Source: Novakomyces olei (lineage: Eukaryota). From it: a stretch of 64,000 nt of DNA. Below the pieces are notes generated by a model, which was given only the letters and a program-made list of their open reading frames with translations, made no database searches and was not told the origin of the DNA. Shown piece after piece: positions 1 through 12,000 of the stretch (positions within the stretch are counted from its first letter, which is position 1; every line of letters starts with the position of its first letter). The stretch lies in assembly GCA_016906335.1 (NCBI GenBank), contig JADEYG010000002.1, positions 1 through 64,000 on the forward strand, read 5' to 3'. A program made the position numbers and the translations under genes.

Positions 1-3
1 AGA

Positions 4-144
4 TAACTAACCCTAACTAACCCTAACTAACCCTAACTAACCCTAACTAACCCTAACTAACCCTAACTAACCCTAACTAACCCTAACTAACCCTAACTAA
101 CCCTAACTAACCCTAACTAACCCTGACTTAACCCTAACTAACCC
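4..144. repeat. Telomeric repeat tract (CCCTAACTAA)n; G-strand TTAGTTAGGG
   Basis: ~12 perfect 10-bp units from the window start, degenerate units at 121-144, C-rich strand at the 5' end as expected for a left telomere. Confidence 0.93.
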
Positions 145-285
145 GGCTGCGTTGGTTCCAACCTCGACCTTTACGCATGCCCGACAAGCCTTGCAAGCAA
201 CTACCTTTAAACCAAAGGCCTCCTCGATTCCCAAGTACTCCATGACTGAGTATATCTGTTCAAGTCTTTAATTACTACTAGAAAC

Positions 286-1067
286 ATGCTGTAATCTATT
301 TTCGATATAATGCGAATCTTATTATTAATAGTGTGAATTTCCTTTCCGTCGTCGCGATTTTTACCATATATTAACCTGGAATTATGCAGTAAAATCTACC
401 CTCGAAAACCCTGTTTGACTATTTGTTATTCAATTCTTATTAGAATTACGCCGTAATTCGCGACGACGAGCAGCAAATTCACATGACCCCCCTCCCATAC
501 ATTAATTAATTTTCAAACTGGAATTACGCCGTAATTCTACGTAGAACACCCTAACAAAAAATATAGCTAATAAAAACTACGATACATATATTTCGAATTA
601 CGGCGTAATTCGCGCAGGAATATGTATAGAAATAACTATAATATGTGTAGCACATCTTGTATAATAAATATATTATATAAATACAACAACCCTACCCTTG
701 CCGCCATTCTCTGCCCTGACATTATGCTGTAATCCTGTTTCAATCTGACGCTCTTTTTATAGCCTCCACTGTGAATTACCTTAACATACCCGCGCTTTTT
801 CCCATACATTAACGGCGCATTATGCAGTAAAATCCGTCTCTGAAAACCCTCCCTACAAAGTTCTACTGCACTTCTTATTTACATTACGCCGTAATTCGCG
901 CGTATGTTAAGGTAATTAGCATGACCCCCCCCTCATACATTAATTTATTTTTTGGACCGCATTACGCCGCAAAATCAAACCGAAAACCCTGTCCAATTTT
1001 CAATGCTATAATTATCACATAACAAATTATTGATTTTGCGGCGTAATGCGCGCTGGAATATGTATAG
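286..1067. repeat. Subtelomeric element in two diverged copies (period ~438 bp), each with two long inverted repeats
   Basis: Both copies start ATGCTGTAATC (286, 724) and share, in order, GTGAATT, TTATGCAGTAAAATC, GAAAACCCT, ATTACGCCGTAATTCGCG, CATGACCCCCC and GGAATATGTATAG. Confidence 0.8.
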
Positions 1068-2888
1068 GCGCTCTCGAAGAATTGCCGCCCAATCAAACTA
1101 ACGAAGCTTTAGGTCCTACACTGGCTTCGTTTAACAAGCAGCGTTTTCTATTATTTATAATTATTTTCTGGTCGGCTTGGATAGGTTCCAGGAGTGATGG
1201 CTATTTCGCATTTCTACCATGGACACTATTTCTGTTTCCAATAAGCGTTGCTTTCTTTAGTTTACAGAATTTTAGTTCCAGGGGAGTTTTTGGAATCATA
1301 TATCTGCTTTAATTGAACTTTCAAGTTGACATTCTCTATTAAATTTTAAAGGTGTTTTCCATTGCAATTGTAAATTTCCTTTTTGTCAGGGGCCCAATTA
1401 TACATTTTATATCTGAAATACAGCTTCGATTAAATTTAGTAGTTTTTCATCTTTAATCTTTTAGAATTACCACAATCAACTATATACTAAGCTAAGCGCC
1501 TCCGCTACCGCTATCGCATATGCTCGCATGTGCTGGGGTTGCCACATGCGCCGAATGCACCCGCACCGATGTTGCGATCGATTGTTTCATTTTTCCCGCG
1601 TCTCCCGGAAGAATCTTTGTTTTTTAGAAATCATGGACTTCCAACCTCAATTCGAAATTAGATTACACAATGTGATACAATGGCATTTGCAACAGAGAAG
1701 CATCTTTTGGTTCGATCCTGAATCAATTAAAATACTCTCTGTATAGAAATACCCTGTTTCACATAATTTTCGTAAGTCAGACTACAAAGCGCCAAAAATG
1801 GGCCATTAGACACTGAATTTGGTCATTTATTCCTTGGATTTATTCGTGGAATTTTCTATCGGAAATTGAGTGAGCTGAGTTTCCTAGTAAACTGAAATTT
1901 GTTTTGAATCTAAGATGCGTCGACTTCCATCCCAGCGTCTCTACTTGCAATTAAGCTACCACTGGCTACAAGGAATCCCCACAGTAAGAACCTCATAAAT
2001 CATCAACCAATGAAGAGCATTATTGTAAAGCCACAATAATGGCGATGAGTATGATATACAGCGTCAGCTGCGCTTCAAAGGTAACTTTTGTCAAAACTCA
2101 AGCAAAATTCGTGTTAATCGCTGCGGCCAAAGATCCATCCGCTGTTTGTTCAAATGTTTACTTCCACCACTACCGACAAATGACAAGTCAATGGGCCCGA
2201 CAAGGCCTGAAAATCATCGTAAGATATTACTAACTAATCCATCTTTCTTGCATATTTAGTATAAGATACGCCTGAAGAATCATCACATCCTTAAATAACA
2301 AATGAAGAGCAAAGAATAGATGAAAATAAACAAAATAGATGTAGAAGTGAAAGCTTACCGCCGATACGAGACATCCATAAATAAATTTTGAGCCAAGCTT
2401 CGATTTCCTCGAGGACGTATAGGCTTTTATTCCTACTCAAAGCATTGCGATACTGATGCAAGCCACAACCTCACAGAGAGAAACTAGTGTTGCGTCATGC
2501 ATAGTGATGATACAAAGAGCTGCCGCTGCGCTAGAAGCAGCCCGCGATAACGATAAGCAATGCAATATGCACCATACAATAGTTGGCCTGTAAGAGACTG
2601 TCTGTTTGCGGAATCATTAAAGTCCAAACTAAATTGAAGGACGAGTTGCAGTAGCAAAAACACGACTTCCCATGAATCAAGTAAATGAAGGGCAAATTAA
2701 AGGATTAAGAAGAATTTGTTTGACAATCTATAGCTGACAAAATTCAAATCGATAAAGATTGCCATCAAAGATCTGCTAGTAACCGATTTCTTAACGAAAA
2801 GAAGGGAACTGTGACAAAACGGGGTATAATAGCGCATTGATGAATATCGAAATATTTTTCAGAACAGCGAGTCTTGTAATCTTGGAGG

Positions 2889-3838
2889 TCATGGCATATC
2901 AATAATTCTGTGCAATGCTTCATAATCTGGTTTTGCCTTGAAATCTAGTTTCCGTGCATAAACAAAAAAGGCTTTTATCCAGATGGGCAGTCCATCGCAT
3001 AGATCCTCGGATTTCACCTTGTCCTTCATGCGAGCTATAACAATCTCACGAAATAATTTTGTAGGGCCTTTGACATCTTGCCATGGCAGCCCTTTTGCCA
3101 AGTATATCACTGTGTAGATGAGACTCTCTAGGTCGTCGCGTCGAGAGCATTCATAGCCATAATGCGCCCACAAAGATGCATACCGAGAAGTGCCTATGAA
3201 AGGTTTGCCATCTTTAAATGATTTATGCTTGTATTCATTGGATCTTGTCCGCCTCATGTAACGTTTTGCCAAGCCAAAATCGATTAAGTAGACTGAATTT
3301 GCATTGTCACTAAGGCCAAGGCAGATGTTTTCTGGTTTGATGTCGCGATGAATAATGCCCTTGTTATGAAGTTCCTCTAGAACCTTCAGCTTCTCATTAG
3401 CATAAGTACAAGAATGAAATACACGAAACAAGAATGACGGCAAAGCAGCCATGTAAAGAATACCGATTGATGCGTAATATCACAGATTGTAGTCATATCT
3501 AGCCGGCCACCACGTGCTTTCCGCAGCATCTCAAGGTTACTGCCCAAGCGCTCTAGCACGAGAAAGTAATGACGACTTTGCTCGAAATGAAAAAGAACCC
3601 TTGGAACGCCAGTCACTTGCGCTAAATCTTCGAGAAAACTCTGCTCCTTGCGAAATCCATTGATTTCATTAAACACTTTAAGAATAACCTGCTGGTTTTG
3701 CAGCGTATCTGTGGCAGAGTAGATACTGGCCGCACGGCCCAGATGAACAGTTTCCTCCAAAAGATACCGTCCATTGCAAAATTTTTGCAGATTTTTAGGC
3801 AACTTCACCACGTCACAATAGGCATCTTCAGAAGACAT
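2889..3838 (-). CDS. Casein kinase 1-family Ser/Thr kinase, divergent, ~291 aa; exons 3838-3464 and 3389-2889
   Basis: HRDIKPEN, LIDFGLA, GTSRYAS, SRRDDLES CK1 motifs; intron GTATTC..GCTAAT..AAG joins the two ORFs in frame. Confidence 0.85.
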
Positions 3839-4353
3839 AAGTCTGCCACTCGTTATCGCCCTTCTTGTTTCGCAGATAAATCCGTTTCGTAAGAAACATT
3901 ACATAATCTCAAAAGCATGAGTCGGAGAGCTGCACAGGTTTGCAAAAAATCTACTGAAATTTAGATCAAGTCAAGGTTTGATAGGGTTAGGGTTAGGCTG
4001 AAGCGAATAGAGCATCACGTGTGGACATGTCCGTCTTGTGAATATTTAATCCGCAAAGCAATAATAATATTAATATTATGTTCCTAAATTTCTTGACAAG
4101 CCATGCGTGCAGGTCTCCACTTATTATGCGCGTTCGGGATTGCAGCCAAGAGTTGTCCACCTTCAGCAATAGCAATTTAAACGGTAATCAATTATAGGTC
4201 TTGTGTAACATACCAAATAACAATCTGCCATATATCATAATAATTTGCTATATGATAATGTCCACAATCATAATCTGCCATATGACAATAAGCTGCCATA
4301 TAAGAATCGCCATATCAGCTTAAGCCCTTTAGAATGCTTGTGAACAGCATATA

Positions 4354-5337
4354 ATGGCAATCGAAGAAACTGGCAAGCGTTTCTTCAGAACGTTTGATTT
4401 ACTCAGGGACCCTGGTTTTGTGGTTATCTCTGACCCTAATGGCTTTCAGCTTGCGGTCTTATCATGGCAATTTCTTGAGCGTTCCAATTTAGCATTCGGG
4501 AATTATATCTACGATGTCGCTCACGCGCTTGCTCTGTTTGAGGATTCGCGGCTTATCATGGATCTCAGCAGTGGAGAACAGCTAGGTCGACTAGATAAAC
4601 TTCGTATTGGAGGGATCTATCAAATCGTTTGTGATCACAAAGAATTTGAGTTGGCAACAGGACCTGTCTTTAAAGGCTTTCGAACTCCGAGTGACTCAAA
4701 TGTTTCTACTGACTCTGGCACGACAGTCAGTAAATCGTCTCGCTCAACTGCTAAACAAAAGGCTTTTAAAAATCTGCTTATTTCTCGCGACAATTGCCAG
4801 TGCTTGATTACGGGCAAAGTGAATCGCGTAATCGCATGCCACATTGTACCCTTTTCGCTGGGCAAAGAATTCCTGCTCAAGATATTACCTGAAGAAAATT
4901 GGCATGGGAACTGGGACGTGCTATATCATCCTCAGAATGGACTGCTTTTATGTTCTGATTTTCACGATTTGTTGGACGAATATGTACTCGGAATTTACTT
5001 GGTGAACGAGACCAAAATGATTGGGGTTGTACATTATTTTGGCGATAGTCCAAGATATCGTGCGTACCATGGAAAACCCATCATTTTTACAGATGCCTCA
5101 CATGGGAAAATTCCACTGCCTCACGCTAGGCTGATTCGTTGGCACTACGCGCAGTGTTTAATGGTTTATGCTCGTGGATTTGAAGTTAAAGAGCTTTATC
5201 AGAACAGTATAATTTCTATGGGAGGAATCTTGTCAGTTGAAACTGTGATTGAAAGCATCAAAGCGCAACAAGAGACTATCGCCGAGGATAGTGACAATGT
5301 TGCATCAAAAGGGCCGAGCACTAAGCGGCGGCGGTAA
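4354..5337 (+). CDS. HNH endonuclease-domain protein (HNH_2-like), 327 aa
   Basis: RDNCQCLITG...ACHIVPFS...NGLLLCSDFHDLLD pattern; C-terminal KRRR possible NLS. Confidence 0.8.
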   Translation: MAIEETGKRFFRTFDLLRDPGFVVISDPNGFQLAVLSWQFLERSNLAFGNYIYDVAHALALFEDSRLIMDLSSGEQLGRLDKLRIGGIYQIVCDHKEFELATGPVFKGFRTPSDSNVSTDSGTTVSKSSRSTAKQKAFKNLLISRDNCQCLITGKVNRVIACHIVPFSLGKEFLLKILPEENWHGNWDVLYHPQNGLLLCSDFHDLLDEYVLGIYLVNETKMIGVVHYFGDSPRYRAYHGKPIIFTDASHGKIPLPHARLIRWHYAQCLMVYARGFEVKELYQNSIISMGGILSVETVIESIKAQQETIAEDSDNVASKGPSTKRRR

Positions 5338-6519
5338 AAGACAAGGTCGATCGTTGGTTTTTTGCTCCTTTCCTTATCCAATTGTTAAAAAGCTCGATGA
5401 AATAAACAAATTGATTCATCCATTATATCATCGAATAATATTTTATTGCTGTCATTCGCTTTTTCTTTGCTTCCAACCCTAGTCTGCTTCTACCAATAAA
5501 AAAGAAAAAAAAATTCAACCCGGGCAATACAGGCTGTGAATATTTGCTCCTTTGAGTGCTACCAATTTTTACTAGCATTGCTCAAGCCTGAAAAATCCAA
5601 TGTTGCTGCTTGCGGTAATTCGAGATAGCAGCTACCTGCTTTGCAAGGCAGTATAACATTCTTTTGCTCACCCGAAGCTGGAGCCTCGTGTTACCCGAAA
5701 ATTATTTTCAAAGACGATTGTGTTCCCATAATAAGCATTGTCTTGAGGAATAGTGCAAAAGCTGATGCCGGCAACGAGATCATCAATGGTAATATGGGCA
5801 GACGTCAGACTACCGCTTCTACCAGAGAGAAACAGTTCTTTGGTAATACAATTTCGCTTGTGCCGGAAGAGCATTCAACCGACGCACAAATTGGAAGCAA
5901 TGCTCGCCCCACAAACGATCGCTATCGCCAAATTTGAATGCTTGCTTCGGCATTTTGCTTGACACAGAGGCATTAAAATTCTAATAGATCGATTGCTTTC
6001 CTCCCGATGCGACGTACGTAGCGCTCGATTTTGAGGGCGGTGGCGATATTTTTGATCATCACAGATAATACTAATCTTAGTATGTGTGCGCGAACGCTCT
6101 ATTTCAAAAGCGCAGAGTGTGCCCCCCTTACACGTCCAGAAATCCTGAATGCCATCGTTGGTAAAATATCCATTGCAAGATCCGGACTTGTCGTCCCAAG
6201 TTGCACGAGAGTTTTCCAGCTTTGCGAAGTTGACTTGATGGTAAATTTTTACGTAGAGAGTCTGGCTTGCTGACTGGGCATTCTCGTTTGAAAAAAAAAA
6301 TCAAGAAGAGCTTTTATGCCAAACTCTGATAAAATGATTCTACATTTGGTTTCAGTATTAGTGTTTGCTTAGACCAACAAGTAAGACTTGAGGGCACACT
6401 ACTGATAAGCCATTCGCGGATAAGGCACAAAAAGCGCATTTATGTATGAAAAAGCCACGCAAGAGAGCTCATACTTTAGTGATAATTATGTGTTGTGATA
6501 ATAAGATGTTGATTTACGA

Positions 6520-6930
6520 TATCGAGGCAGAATCCCCCGCGACAAAACTCCATCACACTCTTTAGTTAGTCTTTATCCAATACAACATACAAACCCATAG
6601 TTCTGTTCTGTGCCCTTTATAAAACTGCCATAGTATCTAATGTTAGATTCGGGGTCAAAGCCATGTTACCTTGTAAAGTTTCCGCAGACAGCTGAGCAAG
6701 CATTTGCACCTCCAATGCAATCCCTTCCACTTCATCTTCTGCTGCCTCAAAATCAATTATCTTTATGGCTACAGCTGCGTTCGTCCGACGTTCAATGCTA
6801 AACAAGTTAGCTATAGGGAAAAGTTTAGTATGAAATTACCGCCTCACCATCTGTAGACGGCGCCGAAGCTGCCAGAGCCGAGCAGCTCTTTTTTCCCTAA
6901 TAAAAGCTCCGGGTCAGTCGTGCTGTTCAT
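6520..6930 (-). pseudogene. STE20/GCK-family kinase 5' relic with short introns
   Basis: Spliced reading LGSGSFGAVYR / VAIKIIDFEAAEDEV / RYYGSFIKGTE / VMEFCRGG; frameshift near 6680, 5-nt duplication near 6605, no HRD/DFG found downstream. Confidence 0.7.
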
Positions 6931-6982
6931 TGTCGAAACAATGCGCTTTCGCTTTATCAGCGAATCAATTATGTTATATAGC

Positions 6983-6983
<1 letters not shown>

Positions 6984-7070
<87 letters not shown>
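6984..7070. repeat. (TAT)29 microsatellite
   Basis: Perfect trinucleotide run. Confidence 0.97.
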
Positions 7071-7071
<1 letters not shown>

Positions 7072-7928
7072 AGGGGATAATAGATTCATATTTCCACAGA
7101 AATAATCAAAATGATATTGAGGATTGATCTACGTTTAGTGATTTAGATAGAAAACTATATAAGTACAGGTAGCACCCAGATTCAGATTTAGGTGGCATTC
7201 AAGCTAATTCACTGACTTTTAAAAACACAACTATTCAACAGTTTTATTAGTCAAAAGTATTGATTCCGAGGCAAACGATTTCGACCATTGGTATGTGCCT
7301 GTTTAAATGTTTAAGGGAGTAACGGAAAGGCATTGTACATTTTTGCACATCTCAAGTAAAGAATCTGTTGTCCCATATATCCTAGCCCTGCCGCAGAGAA
7401 TTTTGTCGCACGAGCCCAGCTGTAGCCCAACGCTTCGATATAAGTAGCACCTTTCAATATTAATACGGTTTGCCATTAGGTAACGCCAGACTATGCCACA
7501 TCATGCTTATAAGCTTCTCATGGACTAAATCTTGGACAAAAATTCTATTTAGCTAATTCATTGGAGTCAATAGTATATTAATTTGGGTTCGCAGAATCAG
7601 GACCATGAGTGTCATTCATAAAAAATAAAATCGTCGTCTTATCGGAACCAAAAAAATACTAAATAAGACTACTTGGAAGAGACTATCTTTCTTGAAATGA
7701 CACAAATTACCGAATAATTTGTATTTCGTTCGATGTTTATTGCCTTTTAAACCGAATTTCTGAAGTCTGGACATTAAAAAAGTCTATAGAGGCGAGCGCC
7801 TGTGAAATAGTTTACGTCTGTAACAAACCGCACACATATGATCTTCTTTCAAACGCTCAAATAACTCCAATACGAACACTGCATTCTCAACTGGAAATCA
7901 TTCTTCCAGGGTAAATAATTCACTTAAA

Positions 7929-8539
7929 TCACTGCGCGAGCCAATCGGGACCAGATACATTTAGAAGTTTTCTAACTTGCTCTAATTTTGCAAATAGCCT
8001 CGCAATAAGAGCATGATCCTTTGCACGTATCGCCTCAATGCCACGTGCGCCATTTCTCAGAGTCATGTAGTCCGGTGCTATTACCCGATCGACCTTGAAA
8101 AGCTCGCAGATTTCCTGCACTAACATTTTAGCTTCACCTCCGTGCGCAGTAGAGTGCGCCATATGTGTGAGCGCAAAAGCTTCGCCTACTATTTGACCTG
8201 CAACTAAGCCAAGTGGTGCACCGACCATGAACCCGGCATCAAATCCATCCTGCAATGCTTTGGCCTTGGCGACAACTCGACCTTCACGGTATCCAGCCTG
8301 TACATAAGACACGGCTATTTTCTTATCTCAAATGTTTATTTTTTCTTTTCTTTTTTTAATTTTTATCTTTTTATTTGTTTTCTTTTTTATTTTGAAATGC
8401 AAAAGCTTCATACATTATAATGAACCTGTCGTAAACTCGCTGTTTCCCTCGAAGACATATCTTGCTCTCCTTCCTCGCCCCATACATCGTCGCTGCCTCC
8501 ACTACCGTGGCTCAAACGCCGCTGCTCTTCGCCGCGCAT
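7929..8539 (-). CDS. YAE1: Yae1-family protein; exons 8539-8414 and 8297-7929
   Basis: DDVWG...LRQVHYN/AGYREG...LQDGFDAGF (Yae1_N deca-GX3 motif); intron GTATGA..CAG in phase 0. Confidence 0.8.
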
Positions 8540-8785
8540 ATTTGCGCTCTCTAACGTACATTTAACAATGAGTCGTTCTGGAATAAATTCACGCTTGACG
8601 CGTCCGTAACGTTATTTTTTCAATCTATAAAGACTGATAGCAGTCCAAAGGTTTTTGATTAGGGTAAATAATTATGGGTTAATTATGGGTTTAATAGTAG
8701 TCAAAAAAGAATAAGCTATTTCCAAGGTATACCCTATCTCAAATTAAATGCGTACAGCGAAGAGGTTTAATAAACAAAAACATAA

Positions 8786-9528
8786 ATGGCGACGGACGCG
8801 CATGCGCTGGATTACCATCGGCGCATGGCCACGATAGGCGGCACTGGCGCTGTGGGCAGTGTTGGCGGAATAGCGTACACGATTTTACGGAAACGTCGAG
8901 CAGGTAATCGCCTCAATTAAAGAAAACAAAACGGATTAAAATGAACTAAAATGAGTGAATGATAAATAATAAATAATAAAATGCAATAATAGAAGAAAAA
9001 AAAGGAAAGAAAGAAAAAACAAAGAACCAAAGTCAACGAAATGCGACAAGTTGCCGTGGCTAACAGTGTACAGAAGCACGCGGAATGTTTTATCGCAATC
9101 CTGTGATCGAGCACAGTGTGGGCCATGCACTATTAGCATTTGAAGCAGTCACTGTGAGTGCCGTAATAAGTGTTGGAGCTTTTGCTGCTGGAGTCGCAGC
9201 TGTAAGCTGTGGACTGCACATATACTCCTTGACGGAATTTTCTGCGTGGGCTCGTCACACGTGCCGTCATCATTTTCCTTGGCTTAAAGTGCCTATTGAT
9301 GAAAAACGATTGGCGCAAGAGCAAGAAGTGGTTGATCGATTATGGCAACGCGGGGAGAGCGAGAACCAAGCACGACTTGAGGCTAAAAGGCAACGCGCAG
9401 AAGAACGAGCAGAGGCACAAAGTGCGAGCGCAAAATTATGGCATGAATGGAAGCGGAGGCAATTAGATCGGTGGGGGTTAGGACACTTGAACGATGAGGA
9501 AAAGCCGGGAAGGGCGGAGGGCACATAA
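8786..9528 (+). CDS. Small two-TM membrane protein, Aim11/TMEM242-like; exons 8786-8903 and 9074-9528
   Basis: Intron GTAATC..GCTAAC..CAG joins exon 1 in frame to ORF 9085-9528; ALLAFEAV..hydrophobic..GLHIYSLTEFS pattern; divergent from YAE1. Confidence 0.6.
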
Positions 9529-9816
9529 TGAGAAGATTTATTTGCGTTTTTAATGTGCATATCTGCATTGAAAGCCTCTTTCAAAAAATATCACATCTCT
9601 GGACTTGATTGAAGCGTTAATGATTATGATGCTATTTGAATCCTTGCGCATACTATCATCAATAGCGGCCCTATGTATCAGCCACGGCTTGCTAGACTGT
9701 CTTATAGCTATACCTGATTCAGCTCCATTGGATTTACGACCAATTTGGGCTGCCACTGGCTGCCCACTCACTATAAAAACACCGTAAAGATCATGTATTA
9801 TATACTATTAATTTCA

Positions 9817-11193
9817 CTAAACGAATTCCATTTGCAATGCAGCATTGGCCAGTCCGGCTTGCTCCAATGTCTCATCCAGCTTATCAATCAGTTGAGTACG
9901 CTGAAATACAAGCGAAAACTCCTGTTGCGCAGCTTCAGGGACGAGTGATTTTACAGTCTCGAAAACAGTTTGAACTGGATCCGTCAGTTTAAATCGCCGG
10001 ACTATTCTCGGGTGCGGCGGGGGCATTCTAATTTGTATCCTTGTAGTTCCCGGCCCAGCCGGAGGCTCAGAGGGGGTTTTATCAGCCGGGATGTTAGCCC
10101 AGACAGATTGTGATGCAGATTCTGGTTCATCTAATTCTGCTTTTGATGACTGAGGTACGTTTTTGCCTTCTTTTTCCTTCTGTTTTCCGCTTAACCCCGG
10201 ATCAGAGTCACTGGACACAGCGGACGGACTGTACACCTCGTCATCACTATCTGATACCACCATGACGTCACTATCAGCACCACGTGCGCGTTTAGCAGAG
10301 GCAACAGGGTTCCGTCGACCAGGATCAAGCGAGTACTGATCCAGAAACTCGTGAACGTCCAGCAGAAAAGAATCGGGCGAAATTGGAGATCCGCTCCATT
10401 CACGTACCCGCTCGCCCGTCCGTGGATCGAGAATAGCAATATGTGGGAAGCCACTGACTCCATACAGCCGCTGGTAATCCTGGCCCTCGACTGAATCAGT
10501 AGAATATTGCAAAAAAACAAAGTTCGCCCCCACCGTTTCCTCTACTGCCCCATCTTTCCACAAGTCGCGATTAAGTACTTGACATTGAAAGTCGGTTAAA
10601 TCCTGTAAGTTTACCATAATCCACCGGGATTGTGATACACCACGAGTCCTTGCTGTGTCCAAGTCACAGTGCGTTATTAAATTGAATGGAGGGCGAAACA
10701 TGTGAGCTAATCTGTTTGCCTTTGACGATTCGCGTGACGCGCCACCAGTAGCAGCAGCCAGATCTTCGTCGCTATCACCAGTGGCGACGTCATCACTATC
10801 GTGGTCCGCAGGATTCTGATTGAAGACTCCCGGCCGCCCAAGAAATTGATGTTGGTGCTGCTGCCTTTGCCGAGCAAACGCGGAAGCGTGTAACCCACCA
10901 AATGCACTGACTGGACCGCTACCAAGAGGCCCGACATGGCTTGTAAGTGGTGGCACATCGTCCATAAGAACTCCGCGGGTGGGCGCGATGGGCGCTCTAA
11001 CCTCGTCTGTCGTGCTCTGAACTGGCGTGGAAGTTCCTGCGCCGGTATTGCTTCCACTCAAAGACGCACCTCCATTCTCAAAGTAAAGGGCAACTGCACG
11101 TTCTAGATCGTTGTCGCTGACTTGCAAGTACTCGTTTGCCACTGACGGATCTGCCGCTGTAATACCGCAAAACTGGGCATTGAGCTCGTCCAT
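9817..11193 (-). CDS. UBX5: UBX-domain Cdc48/p97 cofactor (UBA-like + UAS + UBX), Ubx5/UBXN7 type
   Basis: QFCGIT..DLERAVALYF; LAHMFRPPF, FQCQVLNRDLW, FPHIAILDPRTGE; TRIQIR..RRF..TLEQAGL. Confidence 0.9.
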   Translation of the reverse strand: MDELNAQFCGITAADPSVANEYLQVSDNDLERAVALYFENGGASLSGSNTGAGTSTPVQSTTDEVRAPIAPTRGVLMDDVPPLTSHVGPLGSGPVSAFGGLHASAFARQRQQHQHQFLGRPGVFNQNPADHDSDDVATGDSDEDLAAATGGASRESSKANRLAHMFRPPFNLITHCDLDTARTRGVSQSRWIMVNLQDLTDFQCQVLNRDLWKDGAVEETVGANFVFLQYSTDSVEGQDYQRLYGVSGFPHIAILDPRTGERVREWSGSPISPDSFLLDVHEFLDQYSLDPGRRNPVASAKRARGADSDVMVVSDSDDEVYSPSAVSSDSDPGLSGKQKEKEGKNVPQSSKAELDEPESASQSVWANIPADKTPSEPPAGPGTTRIQIRMPPPHPRIVRRFKLTDPVQTVFETVKSLVPEAAQQEFSLVFQRTQLIDKLDETLEQAGLANAALQMEFV

Positions 11194-11499
11194 GACGCAT
11201 GCAATTTATCTGCCAGTATGCGCTTGATATTTATTGTATAGGCGTTTATACGGCGACTACTTCACAGTGATGACTCAATCGAACGAACGAACACTGCTAT
11301 GTAATGGTAATGAGAATGCGGATTTGCAGGCACAATATAAAAATACAAAGAATATTGTTTGGTAGAATAAAATACAGCATTAAACTAGTCAACACTAGCT
11401 AACCCTAAACCTAATATAAGTTTGGGTACTGGGTACCACTATAGCAGAAACAATATGGCCCACAAAAATGCACAAATATTCAATAGAATCCATATTATT

Positions 11500-11836
11500 A
11501 TGGGCACAATAACGGTAGAGTTTGGCGGCGGTCTGGACGCAGTGTTTGGCGGCAGATCAAAGCTGCAAGTCGATGCGGCAGTTGCACAAAGTATGCGAGA
11601 TTTGATTGCTTATTTGCGCGACAAACAAGCAGCACAGGACAAATTGGATTTTTTTGTAGCTGGCGACACAGTGTACGCACGCATTTAAATGCTTTTGCAA
11701 GCCGTTTACTAATTGCAGACGGCCCGGTGTTCTTGTGCTTATAAACGATGCAGATTGGGAACTTGAAGGCGAGCTTGATTACTTACCTCAGCCGGGTGAT
11801 ACGATCAGTATGATTAGTACTTTGCATGGAGGATGA
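11500..11836 (+). CDS. URM1: Ubiquitin-related modifier 1; exons 11500-11672 and 11719-11836
   Basis: [10 protein letters not shown]...[19 protein letters not shown]...ISTLHGG-stop; intron GTACGC..ACTAAT..CAG. Confidence 0.95.
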
Positions 11837-12000
11837 TTATTGACGCCGTATTGAATTCATTATACTACGAATTACCCTTCATCAATCACGGCTAATTTCG
11901 TTGTATTGATAATACTGAAACATTGTGAAAAATGCTCTACTGACTGAATTAATTCACAATGATGTAAAAGAACCCTCTAGTCTATCGTTATATACAAACT

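Noticed and set aside
286-1067. CRISPR-like or integron-like array
   Set aside because: Eukaryotic context, no constant repeat-spacer period, no cas or integrase gene
1046-2800. Short ORFs between subtelomeric repeat and CK1 gene
   Set aside because: No recognisable motifs or consistent splice model
5560-6290. Possible continuation of the STE20 kinase or another gene
   Set aside because: No kinase subdomain VI-XI motifs found in the frames I could read
6844-7127. Poly-Asn and poly-Tyr ORFs
   Set aside because: Translations of the (TAT)n microsatellite; only the last part of the minus ORF is kinase exon 1
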